A stretch of 61,855 nt of DNA, the filler included. It is 14 parts of 14 records of this genome, joined end to end, with 100 filler letters (N's around TTAATTAATTAA, not from the genome) between each part and the next. Parts side by side here need not be neighbours in the genome. Positions count along the whole stretch, not along the records: positions 21,424 to 26,191 come from SRR7504441_12008; positions 26,292 to 30,171 come from SRR7504441_12019; positions 30,272 to 34,622 come from SRR7504441_12021; 11 more parts are not named here. One strand, 5' to 3'. Numbering within the stretch: position 1 is the first letter of the stretch; every line of letters begins with the position of its first letter. Below are positions 22,514 to 34,613 of the stretch, piece by piece. A program made the position numbers and the translations under genes. Below the pieces are notes generated by a model, which saw only the letters and a program-made list of their open reading frames with translations, had not been told where the DNA came from and searched no databases.

Positions 22514-23543
22514 CTAGTCAGTGAAAAAGACGCTAATGCGAGCCTCGAGAGATCGCCGGGTCTCCTTACCAAGCGGCAGCTCTTGCTGCTTGATGGCACA
22601 ATGCAAGTTGGCGCAGAATTCGTCTTTCGTATAGTGCCGGAAGATGAGCACTTCGTTGACGGTCATCTGATTGTAATAGTACCATTTCTGTCTTGGGTGG
22701 TGCCGGGCGTGCGCTGCCAGGTTCTTCACACGGTCCATCTCTCCGTCAAACCGCCTGTGCCAAAAGTCCTGCGACAGGCCTTAGGCAGCGGTGGGAGCCA
22801 CGGCGAGACACCTGCTCGAACCTGACCATGTCTTCCTGCCGAAAGCTCGCTGCGTCCATCAGCACCAGCGGGTGGTCCAGCACCGGGTTCACCATCTCAA
22901 CTGGGCACCATATGCCCAGTATCAGATCCGGTTCCTCCGGCAGCTCTTGGTGCCGGCCCGAGTAATTGCTGTACAGCTCCCAGTCCTGGAAGAAATCGAG
23001 ATGCAGCCCATCGACTGCAGGCGGGTTCTGGTCTGGACCGCCGCGCTTGAGGAAGTCCAGCGTCCAGTCGATCCGCCGAGCAGCTGGGTGCAGCCGCCGG
23101 ACGATGGCCTCGATCTCTTGCTTAAATAGGTCGAGCTGCGCCCTGTCTTCTGAGTGCTGCACAGGCCTCGCCAGCTCCTCCAGAACAAACCCAGCCTGCT
23201 CGTACTCAACAGGGTGCACACGGGCATCCCAGATCACCACCGGCACAATCACGGTCCGTGCCGCCAGCCGGGTGACAAGCTTGTACAGCGTAATCAGCGG
23301 TTCCCACAGTCGGAGCTGCAGGCGGGGCAGCCCCGGGAATTCTACCACCTCCACGCCAGGCTTGGCAAACCTCAGCCCGCTGTAAGCCAGATCACTCTCC
23401 CCGAGTTCCTCCGCCTGCGCGGCCTGCACGGCCGGCGCGGGGCTCCGCAGCTGCCAGAGCAGGGCCAGTCCGCCGGCGCAGAGCGCTGTGGTCAGCCAGG
23501 GCCGCAGGCGCACTGGCTCGAGCAGCCCGGACAGCGTGGGCAT
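22514..23543 (-). CDS. CmcJ/AsaB-like (hydroxylase/desaturase-methyltransferase-like) protein, 1 intron
   Basis: GFVL..., LHLDF, GIWCP...PVLDHPLVLMDAAS, HPRQKWYYYNQMTVNEVLIF, HCA, RRSLEARISVFF. Confidence 0.7.
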
Positions 23544-23767
23544 TGTACTGTGGACTGCTGCGCAGGTGGGGGCTAAAGGAAGGTACAGGGACACTCCTTC
23601 TCTCCCCCCCCCGTCGGCACGACTGCCGTCGACGGCCTTCTTAGAAACCGTTGCTTTTAACGGCAAATGCTCGGCCTCGGCAATTATCGGGAGGTGCGAA
23701 ACCTCGGATCAATTATGCGCGCAACCCGGTTGCCTTCGACCTGGAGGCCCACAACGAAACAACGCAC

Positions 23768-25711
23768 ATGGGCGCATCACCAGCCTTCGACCTGGAGGCC
23801 CCGCCCTCGATCCAGCCTGTCCACGCCCACCAGCCACCTGCTCCTCACAAGCCCCCAGCCACCGTCGACCTGGAGGCCCCGCCGGCACACGACTCGCTCA
23901 AGTTGTCGTCCGGGCCGCGGCCGCAGCTCAGCCTGGAGTGGAGCCTGAGCTACACGGTCACCGCCAGCGAGACCGGCCTGCAGAAGACCCTGCTAGACCG
24001 GGCCGTGGGCGTGGCCCGTCCGGGGGAGCTGCTGGCGATCATGGGCCCGTCGGGGGCCGGCAAGACCACCCTGCTCAACTGCCTGTCCGGGCGGAACAAG
24101 AAGCACGATGGGAGCATCACGCTGGTGGACCAGGACGGGGCCCGGCAAGGCTGGAGCAAGAGTATGAAGCGAGTGACCGCCTACGTGCAGCAGGACGATC
24201 TGATCCAGCCCACCATCACCCCGAGGGAGCACCTGCTCTTCCACGCGGCGCTGGCCATGGACCAGAGCCTGCCCGAGGCCGAGCTCGCCGCCGCGGTGGA
24301 CGAGCTGCTCCAAAGTCTCAACCTGGTCAAATGCGCAGACACGCCGGTGGGCAACCCAGGGCTGGTTCGAGGCGTGTCGGGAGGCGAGCGCAAGCGGCTG
24401 AGCTTCGCCACGCGGCTGCTCGGGGACCCGTCGGTCCTGTTTGTGGACGAGCCCACTTCGGGGCTCGACTCGCACATGGCGGAGGAAGTGATACGGATGC
24501 TGCAGCGGCTGGCCAGTCTGGACCGGCCACGCACTGTGATCGCAACCATCCACCAGCCGAGCTCGCACGCGTTCAACCAGTTTGACCGGCTGCTGCTGCT
24601 CACCAACGGACGCGGCGTCTACCTCGGCCCGGCCGACCAGGCGGTGCAGCACTTTGGCCAGTTTGGGCTGAACTGCCCTGAATACATGAACCCAGCTGAT
24701 TTCTTCCTTCACGTGCTCGGAGTGGAAGAGTTCAGCCAGGCCCGCGACCAGCTGTGCGACGGGTACAACAAGAGCTGGCCGGTGACCAACCTGGAGCCAG
24801 AGCCAGCTGTGGCTGCCAAGTCTGAGAGCGAGTACACGGCGAGCTGCTTCAGGCAGTTCAAGATGTTACTCTGGCGGGAGTGGGTCACGCGGATGCGAGC
24901 CCAGCGGGAGACCAAGGCGCTGATTCTGATGACGGTGTTCATTAGCACTGTGCTCGGGCTCGTGTACTACCAGCTCGACAATACACAGAAGGGCGTGCAG
25001 AGCATGAACGGCCTAATGTTCCTGTCGTTGGTCAACCTGGCGATGCAGAACGCCGCACCTACCATCATAAGCATCGCCGGCAACCTGCCCATGTACATGC
25101 GCGAGCACAAGGACGACCGGTTCTATAGTATGTCCACGCTCTACTTGGCCAAGTCAGTGGGTGATTTGCCCTGGCAGATTGCAGTCCCGCTGGTGTTTAC
25201 ACTCCCGCTTTACTTCCTGGCCGGCCTGCCGCTCAATGCCGGTGTATTCCTCAAGTACTTGCTCGTGATGACCTTAACCACCAACGCGGCCTGCTCACTC
25301 GGCTACCTGCTTGGATGTGCTGCACGGGACGTGGACATGGCTCAACTGCTCCAGCCAATGGTGCTGCTCCCCAACATGATCCTCTCTGGGTTTGTCATCA
25401 ATCTTGACAACCTGCCTGTCTGGATGCAGCCGTTCTCATACGCTAGTTTTGTCCGATATGGCTTCACTGCCCAGTCGATCAATATCTGGACCAGCGAAGA
25501 TTACAACAGCATTCCATGCTCGAGTGCTGAGCAGGCTGCTGACCAATGCATGTTCAAGAGTGGAGATCAAGTACTCAATTACCTGTCGATGGACAAGAAC
25601 GCCTTCTGGTTCAACGTTGTTATCCTGGCCGCGATCACTCTGGCCTTTCGTGTGATTGCGTATGTGGCACTCCGGCTGAGGGCACGCAAGTACAAGACAG
25701 TAGTGAGCTAG
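23768..25711 (+). CDS. ABCG (White/Scarlet-like) half transporter; intronless
   Basis: GELLAIMGPSGAGKTTLL, VSGGERKRLS, DEPTSGLD, TIHQPS, NPADF and an ABC2 membrane domain. Confidence 0.95.
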   Translation: MGASPAFDLEAPPSIQPVHAHQPPAPHKPPATVDLEAPPAHDSLKLSSGPRPQLSLEWSLSYTVTASETGLQKTLLDRAVGVARPGELLAIMGPSGAGKTTLLNCLSGRNKKHDGSITLVDQDGARQGWSKSMKRVTAYVQQDDLIQPTITPREHLLFHAALAMDQSLPEAELAAAVDELLQSLNLVKCADTPVGNPGLVRGVSGGERKRLSFATRLLGDPSVLFVDEPTSGLDSHMAEEVIRMLQRLASLDRPRTVIATIHQPSSHAFNQFDRLLLLTNGRGVYLGPADQAVQHFGQFGLNCPEYMNPADFFLHVLGVEEFSQARDQLCDGYNKSWPVTNLEPEPAVAAKSESEYTASCFRQFKMLLWREWVTRMRAQRETKALILMTVFISTVLGLVYYQLDNTQKGVQSMNGLMFLSLVNLAMQNAAPTIISIAGNLPMYMREHKDDRFYSMSTLYLAKSVGDLPWQIAVPLVFTLPLYFLAGLPLNAGVFLKYLLVMTLTTNAACSLGYLLGCAARDVDMAQLLQPMVLLPNMILSGFVINLDNLPVWMQPFSYASFVRYGFTAQSINIWTSEDYNSIPCSSAEQAADQCMFKSGDQVLNYLSMDKNAFWFNVVILAAITLAFRVIAYVALRLRARKYKTVVS

Positions 25712-26306
25712 GCTCATGCACGCTAATTCATGACCGGACAAAAGTATGATCGTTACACTGTAACTATAAATTGCCAATAAACCTTAAACTTGTTGAATTA
25801 TTGATCAATGTGAATTATTGTACTCTAGATTTTCGAATTAGTCGATGAGTACAGTGTAGCGAATGAGCGGATGGGTCGGGTGGGTCACTTGATAGGTCAC
25901 TTGAGGGCGGGCTGTCACGGCGCCGGCGGGGCCTTCCGAGTCCGCACGAGTCACTACAGGCAGGCCCAGCACCGGCCGTGGGGAACATAATTAATATGAG
26001 TGTACATCACTAAGGTCGGTAATGCTCCCTCGGGCTGGATCATGATGACACCGAGACAAGTCAGTTGCATCAACCTCTAAGTCATATTTCTATACACACT
26101 ATAAGCTGACGCCTCACGTCGCCTCTCAGCACCTCACTGCTGGTTGTTGGCCTCGCCCTCCGAGGCCGCTGGCGCCAGAACCATCGAGGCCNNNNNNNNN
26201 NNNNNNNNNNNNNNNNNNNNNNNNNNNNNNNNNNNTTAATTAATTAANNNNNNNNNNNNNNNNNNNNNNNNNNNNNNNNNNNNNNNNNNNNCGCACTCTG
26301 ACCGCC

Positions 26307-26945
26307 GTGATGCTCTTGGGAACGGCCGGGGCGGCCCTCGCTCCTCCTCGGCAGGGCGGCAAGGCCATGGTGTGCGGCGACGGCGTTGCGGCTTGCGGGG
26401 TTTTAGCGCTCATGACCGGGCTCGGATCGGGCGTCCAGAACGTCACTGGCGGGGCGATCTACGGCCATCCTGCTCCGGTGCTCCACGGCTTGTGGCCAGA
26501 GACCCCGCCGTACGGCACCTCCAAGTGCCTGCCCCCCGGCAGCCCGGACCCGCCCGCTACTGTCTACCCGTGCTACGCCTGCGGGCGCGCTGACACTAAC
26601 TGCAGCGACACCGTTGGGCACTCGCCGAGTCAGTTTCAAGCGCACGAGTTCGGCAAGCACGGGATCTGCGCTGGCGTGGCCTCCGCCGACGATTACTTCA
26701 CCCAGCTCTGCGCCATATCGGCCAAGCCGCTTGCGGCTCTCAGAGCGGCTCGGACCGGTGGGGTCACGTCACTGAGCGGATTCTCCGCGGCTGTTGAAGC
26801 CTCGGACGAGGCGGTAGAAGTCTTTGGGACAAACCAGGCCACGATGGAGCTGTACCTGTCGGCTTGCCGGGACGAGGCAGCCGGCAAGTGGGTGCTTGCG
26901 CCGGCCAAGAGCTTTCCGGCGAGGTGTGGCGGCCACGGTCGTTGA
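26307..26945 (+). CDS. Ribonuclease T2 family, secreted (5' end at contig edge)
   Basis: CAS I LHGLWP and CAS II HEFGKHGIC. Confidence 0.9.
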   Translation: MMLLGTAGAALAPPRQGGKAMVCGDGVAACGVLALMTGLGSGVQNVTGGAIYGHPAPVLHGLWPETPPYGTSKCLPPGSPDPPATVYPCYACGRADTNCSDTVGHSPSQFQAHEFGKHGICAGVASADDYFTQLCAISAKPLAALRAARTGGVTSLSGFSAAVEASDEAVEVFGTNQATMELYLSACRDEAAGKWVLAPAKSFPARCGGHGR

Positions 26946-27297
26946 TGAACTCGGTACTGGTACGTACTCAGTAGTTAAGGGAGTAGGAGTTGGCTCAGCG
27001 CTGGCGCGGGAGCGGATTCGGTGGAGGGTCTAGAGGAGGGCACTGTGACTGACTTGCGACCTTGCCGCTAAGGTTCCGCCGCTCGCTTCAATGTTTTTAA
27101 TCATTTTAATTAAAAACATGAATACGAGTAGTCGTACTGACAATACTGCGTACTCGTACGAGTATACTGAGTAAGTAAAGACTGATACTCTTAGTGCTCG
27201 CTAGTTCATGAATCAGCTTCCTAGCAAACTGCGCGCCAGTCGCGCCTTAAATCACACCGGCATTCAATACGATGCTTATGTAGTACATCACATTACA

Positions 27298-28807
27298 TCA
27301 CATCCACGTACTGCATTTCCGCAAATCGAGCGCATTCGGCGGCAGCTTTGACAGACTTAACTCCAGCTCGCGCGCCGGCTCGTCGTTCCGCTCAAACACG
27401 CAGATGTGCATCTCACATTCGACAGAGGCCAGCAGCGGCTGCAGCGTGGGAAAGCAAGGCCCCGCAGCTGGCTCCTTCCACCGATCCTTCGGGGCTCGGT
27501 CGCCACAGTAATGCAAATCTGCCATGATTTGTGGCAGAAACTGGGTCCTGTCCAGTGTCCGTCATACATTTGCAGCCGGCGCCAATCAGTGCCTGAATTT
27601 ATTGCTCGCGGCAGTCGGTTGTATATCCTCGACCACGAGCAACCCTCGAGGAGCAAGCCTAGGGAACCAAAACAACATCGACCCGACCTGCGGTTAGATT
27701 CCGTTAGAGTCAGTTGGGACTAAACCATGTGCGTCGCGTGGTGCGACCCGTCGTCCACCACCAGCTTAAGCGGCGGCGCGCCTGGCACCGTGTTAAGCTC
27801 ACCTTCCTAATCGGGAAAGCGTTGTTAACCTGGCCGGTTGAGCCTCTCGCTCCAGGTTTTGTTCAGAAATTCAACGTTGCTGGCATCGCCACAGTGCAGC
27901 CGCCGTTCGGTTAGGTATTTCTGGTAGTTTTCATGCTTTGCGGCCTCGTTGACGTGAGGGTATTCCTTGGAGCAAGCCACCTCTATCGAATGAGCCTCTG
28001 CATTTGGCATGAATGCTTCATAGGCTTCAAACCCGCCGCCCAAGTAGAAGCCTGCCCCAACAGCAGCCCTAAATCATCGTTATTAGCTGTACCATTATAC
28101 ATAGTAATTACCGTATGCTATCAATACTAGTATTAACACATTATTAACACATATTGTCACCGATCTCCAGAAATAGAAATCTTGGCGTCTCCGGCCGTGA
28201 CAAGTGCCCTATTCGCCTCTGATAGAGCGTATTATAAAAGTGGCCCCACGGCCTGGCCGTTACTTTCCGTTAAATCCAACGGCCGGCACCTGCACGCCTC
28301 GCGGACTGCAGTCGGATATATGCAAGCCGTCCCGTCCCGCAGGCACCGCTCCAGGTTGGCGTTGGCCTGCCACAAGCCGCTCTCAGGCCACAGATATGTC
28401 CGTTAAAACTCCGTTACCAGCCCCTTGTCGCTGCCCGTCTTCTGGCTCAGCGCCAGGAATTCCTTCTCGCCTTCCCTCCGAGTCGTCACGCCGACCATGT
28501 TCGCCCCCACCCGCCGGCCAGGCTTGCCGACCGTCCGGCAGGACCCGCCGTCCGGATTTCCGTTGGAATTGCCGTTGGGTTTGGCCGTTACATCCCGCGC
28601 CTGCTGCCGCAGCTTGGTCTGGAGGGAGCCGACCAGGGCCTGCAGCTGCGCCACCCGGGCCGCGGCGCCGTCGTCCGTTGGGGCCAACGGCAGGGGCGTC
28701 CGTTGGTGCAGCTGGTCGCGGGCTGCGTTCTGGGCCAGCAGCAGGCACAGCCCCAGCGTGGCCAGCAGGTTGAGTCCCACTGCCACGTCGCGCAGCTCGA
28801 GCCGCAT
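27298..28807 (-). CDS. Membrane-anchored class I SAM-dependent methyltransferase-like protein, several introns
   Basis: N-terminal TM; GSDK, CRPWGHFYNTLYQ, FLEIG, HSIEVAC, LHCGDAS, LVVDDGSH, LLVVEDIQP after splicing. Confidence 0.75.
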
Positions 28808-28865
28808 TCCTCCGGAATCCTCGCACAAATTCCGTTATAAGTACAGACTCAACGGCCATATTCCT

Positions 28866-30171
28866 ATGGCAGCAGCAGCAGATCTGGACAGGCGAGCCTC
28901 CGCCGCACTGCAGTACGTCGAGTCCGCGGCCCGGCAGCAGCAGCCCGGGGCGGTGGGCACAATCACCGAGATCTGCACCATGTCTAATCTCCCCGGCTCG
29001 GTGCCCGCCGCGCTGCTGGATCGGCTGGGCTCGGCGGCCAGGGTGGCCATCCACTTCCATCCGGACAGGACGGTGCACAACGGCAATTCGGTGGTGGGCT
29101 CGATGCTCGAATCGGGCACCGTCCAAAACCAGTTCGAGACGTTGATTTCCAACGGACGGCTCGACCCGGACCCGACCGGCCAGCGCGCCGGGTGGGAGGC
29201 CAACCTGTTCGGCGGGGCGTACAGCAACGCCCCGCCGGCTGAGCGGCCAAAGTATGGCGCGATGGCGCTGCTCGGCCAGGCGGACGGCCCATCGCCGCGG
29301 TTCGGCTCGTGCTATTTCGTGTTGAACCCGGAGGTGTGTGGCGGTTAGTGGCGGTTATTTCAACGGTCGGCAGGTGACGCACCGGAGCACGTTCTGCTTC
29401 GGCGACTCGCACACAAACCCAACGGTCCGGGGCACAAGCAGCACCTGGGAGCCGGTGATTTCCAACGGCTTTCCAACGGCTTTCCAACGGAATTTAGGTG
29501 CTCGCGGAGCTGCTGAGGGAGAGTTTCACCCGCGACGAGGCGGTGCAGCCAATGCTGTCGGGTCAAAGTCCGTTAAATGTCGTTAGGTGGGGGTGCGCCC
29601 GTTGCGGCCTGCGGGGCTGGTGCGCCGGATGAGTGGGCTGCTGGAGGGCCCGCTGGAGCTGCTCTGGAATCAGCATCCCGCGGCACGGAACCTCGATCAC
29701 TATGTCGAAGCGCAGGTGCTGCCACTATGCTTTAGGCTATACAATAGTGTATTATATAGTATGTAGTATATTATTATGGCGGGGGTAGGTGCATGGCGAG
29801 GTCCGGCTGGATCGGGACGTGGCAGCGCTGGTGGCCGACCCGTCGTTCCAGGTTAACACCGCCTCCCCGATTAGGAAGGTGGCGCTTAACACGCTGCTCA
29901 GGGCACAGAAGCCGGCGAGCAGATGGCCGCGCTAGCTGACCGGTGCGGCTATTGCCGTTAATTCCAACGGAATTCAACGGGCAGATATGGCGTGCTGCTG
30001 CAGTGGCATCCGGGTTCTGCTCTGCTTGTGAACCAAGTGCTCAGTTTGATTTGATTTATTAATAATAATATTTAGTATTAACAGAGATTATTCTGCAGGT
30101 GCCGTCGGACTTTCGAGGGCCTCAGATGCCAAACATGGCAAAGATGGTGCCCAACCGACTAATCTGTGGCC
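28866..30171 (+). CDS. DUF3626-family protein (bacterial-like), at least 7 introns, 3' partial
   Basis: RVAIHFHPDR, QFET.ISNG, WE..LFGGAY, RPKYGA, GPSPRFGSCYFVL, RSTFCFGDS, LDHYVEAQVHG.V.L..DV..LVADPSF, VPSDFRGP. Confidence 0.8.
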
Positions 30172-30271
30172 NNNNNNNNNNNNNNNNNNNNNNNNNNNNN
30201 NNNNNNNNNNNNNNNTTAATTAATTAANNNNNNNNNNNNNNNNNNNNNNNNNNNNNNNNNNNNNNNNNNNN

Positions 30272-31303
30272 TTGTATATAGGAACCCCGGCCCAGAAGTT
30301 CCAAGTCTGCTTCGACACTGGCTCCGGCCAGCTCTGGGTGCCCAACGCCGGGTGTACCGGTGAGGGGTGCACCAAGCGCCGCAAGTTCAACGGCACAGCC
30401 TCGAGTACCTACGAGCCCGGCTCGGAGCACTCCAGCATGTCGTACGGCATAGGGTACGCCGGGGGCACGCTCTCCCGGGACACTGTGTCCATGGGTCCGT
30501 TGAGTAACGGAAACCGTCAGCCAACGAACTTGGTTGTCGAGCAGCAGCGGTTTCTTGAAGCCTCTGTGCTCAAGGGAGGGACGTTCACTGCGACGGTATT
30601 TGACGGCGTGATGGGTCTCGCGATGGCCGGGGCGCACGGCAAGCCGTGGTTCAGCCGACTCGGCCGGCAGCTGCAAAGACCTTGGTTCTCGATGTTCTAT
30701 TCGGACACAGACAAAGTGCCAGGCCAGATTGTATTCGGGGGCGCAGATCCAGCGCTGTACAGCGGGGAGATTCAGTGGCACAAGCCTGGGCCTTCTTATC
30801 CCCAGTTCTGGACGACCTCGCTGGCCAGGATTGCCGTTGGAGGCGAGGTGGTCTGGACGAGCCAGCCGGGCCGGACTCGGGAAGTGATGCTGGACACCGG
30901 AACGAGCCTGATCATCAACTCGAACGATCTGATCTCAGCGGAGCATGCGAAGAAGTTTTCGCCGGACGGGTGCAACGGACTGGGCCAGATGCCAAACGTG
31001 ACGTACTGGCTGCACACGGCCGACGGGGCGGAGGAGCCGTATGTGATGACACCGGAGGATTATGTGATACACAGGGAAAACGATTGCCTGGCGGGGATGA
31101 CGGTTCAAAACAATGCGCACGCCCAGGGGATGGTGATTCTGGGGGATGTGTTCATCCGCAAGTACCTGACGGTGTTTGACTTTGGGGAGTCGCCGGGGCA
31201 GTTAGGATTCGCTAGAGCCAATCAGCAGATCAACGATCGGGTGAAGCGATCGGGGACCGAGGCGACGACTGCTTGGGTCAAAACACAATTGCATGCCACT
31301 TGA
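30272..31303 (+). CDS. Pepsin-like aspartic protease (A1), 5' partial
   Basis: IGTPAQKFQVCFDTGS, FDGVMGLA, MLDTGTS, ILGDVFIRKY..VFD. Confidence 0.93.
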   Translation: MYIGTPAQKFQVCFDTGSGQLWVPNAGCTGEGCTKRRKFNGTASSTYEPGSEHSSMSYGIGYAGGTLSRDTVSMGPLSNGNRQPTNLVVEQQRFLEASVLKGGTFTATVFDGVMGLAMAGAHGKPWFSRLGRQLQRPWFSMFYSDTDKVPGQIVFGGADPALYSGEIQWHKPGPSYPQFWTTSLARIAVGGEVVWTSQPGRTREVMLDTGTSLIINSNDLISAEHAKKFSPDGCNGLGQMPNVTYWLHTADGAEEPYVMTPEDYVIHRENDCLAGMTVQNNAHAQGMVILGDVFIRKYLTVFDFGESPGQLGFARANQQINDRVKRSGTEATTAWVKTQLHAT

Positions 31304-31656
31304 GGGCGCTATGATGACGCTATATCATATGTAGTTGTATCACTATACTCGCAGCCATAAGTTTCAGTTAAAATTCTTATCATAGACAACGATCTTTTTA
31401 GACTTAGTCCACTTTCTTAGACGTTAATGACGGTTGACGGTTGATCTTAGCTTGATCTGTACTCGTACCTGATCATCGGAAGACTATTAGTGACGTTGAA
31501 CGCACGTGCGATAACTGGATTGCGCAGGAGCTGCCACGGCAGTTGTAAATGGATCCGTGTGCGTCAAGCGGGCCAATATCCACTTACGGGTGGAACAGCT
31601 ATATATCTGACCTCCACAGAGAGCTCCCAACAGCTGCATCTGGCTGGCTGTTGAGC

Positions 31657-34613
31657 TCAGGCGACTCGGAGCTGCGTAACCAGCTGCATAACGTCTGGCT
31701 CGGCCTCGAAATCGTATCGCATCAGCATCTCGACCAGCTTGTCGCACCGCTGCTCGAGCCCCACCGCCGCCGGATTCACCACCTCAACTATCGGCTCGCT
31801 GTTCTTTAGGTTGTCGAGCACTGTCAGCGCCCTGATCACAACGGAATCGCACAGCCCGGCATGCTTGGCTACAAAGTGCGCAAATGGCTGGTGGCTGGTC
31901 GCGCCGCTCTGGACAGTATAGAGAAAAGCGGCCTGAATGGCGGTGTCGGCCGGGTCTATGTGCACGCTCATGTGCGACAGCTGCAGCGCCGGGTGATCCA
32001 GCGGCAGCAGCCCCGGGCTGAACAACTCCCAGAAATGAGTCGTGAAGATAGCCCGAGGGCAGTCGGAGCCCCGGTTGAGCAAGTCTGTTATGGTAGCAGC
32101 CATGAGCGCGCAGCCGCTGAACTGCTCGGTGCCCTTGCCGAATTCATCGACGAGCAGCAAAGAGTGGCCGGTTGCGTGGTTCAGCATCGAGAGGATCTGG
32201 GGTTAGCGTTAGGATCCAACGCCAGCCGGTCGGTACCTTGCACAAGTCCATCTCAAACATCGACTGGGCGCGAGTAACAGTCTCAACTGACGAGATTCGG
32301 GTGGCGATTCTGTCCACGGGGCCGATCATGGTTGCCCGAGCAGGCACGAAGCATCCGATATGGGCCATGAGCTACAACATAGGCGCCTCCCGTCAGGCTA
32401 AAGCTGGGCTCACCCAGCGTGTCACCGTGATCAGCCCGACTTGAGTCAGGTAAACAGACTTCCCGCTGCTGTTCGGGCCGGCCAACAGCTGAACTAGCTG
32501 CCTGTGGTCGCCCCCGAGCTCTGTGGTATTCGGAATAAAGTCTCTGTCGCCCTGGATGCTGATCAGCGGGTGCCTCCCACCTTGGATCACAAGCAACAGC
32601 TCCTGTGCCACACGCTCGGCCGCGTCAGCGGAGCCGAGGACCTCGGTCAGGCATGGCCGGTTCCAGTCGTATTCAAGAGCAGCTGAGGCCATTCCGACTG
32701 CGACATCCAGCTCGGCGATTCGAGCGGCCGCCTGGATGATGAATGGCACGCTCTGATTCACGTGGTCGCACAGAGTCCTGGCAGCCGGTCTGACCGAACG
32801 TGGCTGGCTGCCACCTTTCCATCTCACTGTGCAAGTCGTTCAGCTCGCCCTGCAGGTCGCCGAGCCGATTGTCCAGCATCTTCATCGTTGGCGTCTTGCA
32901 GTAGCAAAAGATCCCCTCAGCAGAGTTGTTTTTGAAGACCCACTGAGCAGGCCGCTCAGCCGAGTGCTCGCGGGACATGGACCTCGATATCTGGATTGCG
33001 CTGTGTAAGGCCGGAGCCAGTTGAGCGCTCTGCGGCGTCGTTGCTCACTGAACAACCGAAACGCTCACTGTGAGGTCCCGCTGGCTGACGACTTACTGCA
33101 CAGGAAGTATCCCATCGTCGGCAGGTAGACGCAGCTGACCTTCAGGCAGGCCCGCAGGTCAGAAACAGCCCAGAATAGCAGCTGGATACTTCCTGAAGCA
33201 GTGGGTAGCGGGCCATTTCCTCTGAGCAGACTTGCTGGAGCAAGTCTGGAAGACCGGACAGCGTGCGTTCGACTTCGTCGATTTTGGAGTTGATGCCATA
33301 TTTGCATCGGAACTCCTTTCGATTCCTGAAAGAAAGCTCAACTGTTGTGTCTGCGCAGCCTCGACTCACTTCATCTCTGCGAAGTCGAGCAGTCTCTCAA
33401 GGGTCGCATAAATCAGATTGCAGGCGTCAGCCATCTGGCCCGTCAACCGCAGGCTAGGCGCAGCTTCCGACTGAGCCATTTTCTTTTCGATTTCTCTCAT
33501 TGCTCGCATTGTACCTACCACCCGCTTGTGGGCGGACATCCGCTAGAGAAAGGCGTCTCACTGTGAAGAGACATCCAGTCGGTGGTTTTCATCCTGGCTT
33601 GGCGGAGTTTGACAGGGAATTTGGCCACCTCTTTCACAGACCTGAGGCTGAAAGACAGATCCTGGAGCTCGCGGTGATTCTCTGGGGCCGTCAGATAGCT
33701 GACTCGGTCCAGCCGCGTCTCCAGCTCATGCACGTCGTTGATTGGGCGGAGCAGCCAGGATCGGAGCAGCCGCCGGCCCTGAAATCTGAGCTCAAACTGG
33801 GTGCGGCTGGCGCCTCGTTGCCTGAAGCGTCTTCATTCGCTCGGCGAGAATCCCGTAGAGCGAGAATCCCTCTTTAGATGTGCCAGTGATCGAACCTTCC
33901 TTGGTGAAGACCATCAGCGCATTCAGAGATTCTGGGCTGACGTGGACCGGCCCGTTGAGAAGAAACGAGGCGCAGTCGAAGATGGAAAATCCGGGGTAGT
34001 GCTTATCCAGAAACCAGACCAGCGCCCCGACCGCCCTGACCGCCACGGTCTCGTCCTGTGGATTGATGACGCTCGCGAGCCTCCGCGGGTTGTCCCCCAG
34101 ATGGGTTTCCAGCCTGGCGTTGCCCTTGATCACCTGAAACTCGCTGTTGGGGCTGCCCCCCGACCCGGACAGTCAGCCCTCCTCCCGCCGATCAGTAGCG
34201 CACCACGAGAACGTTTCGGTGGGCGCCTCGCTGTTGGGGCTGAAAGGCTGCTCGGCGGCATCGATGAAGCCAGCCGTGGCAGCCGAGCTGCAGATCAGCA
34301 GGTTCGGCTGCAGGTCGAACTTGAGCATCCTGAGCGCATCGTGCTCGGCAGTCTCGGGGAACTCGCCGATGAACAGGCAGCCGTTCTCGAGGTACGAGGC
34401 GCCCAGCTTGCCCCCTGCGCTCAGCACCGCTACGATGCGACCGGGCTGCTCCTCGGAAGACGGCTCGCCGTCGGAGCACGGCGCGGAGGCTCGCGCGCTG
34501 GCCAGATCCATCACGGGAAGCTGCTGCAAGCCAAAGACAGTACTGGGCGGCACGTCGTATAGATCATTACCCGTCAAATCGGTGGAGGCAAGCCCTGCAG
34601 CACCCGAAGCCAT
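31657..34613 (-). CDS. MSH5: MutS homologue 5 (meiotic), many introns
   Basis: KEGFSLYG, GRRLLRSWLLRP, GPNSSGKSVYLTQVGLI..MAHIGCFVPA, SMFEMDL, SLLLVDEFGKGT, IFTTHF. The DEFGKGT and GKSVYL signatures fit MSH5 rather than MSH2/3/6. Confidence 0.85.
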
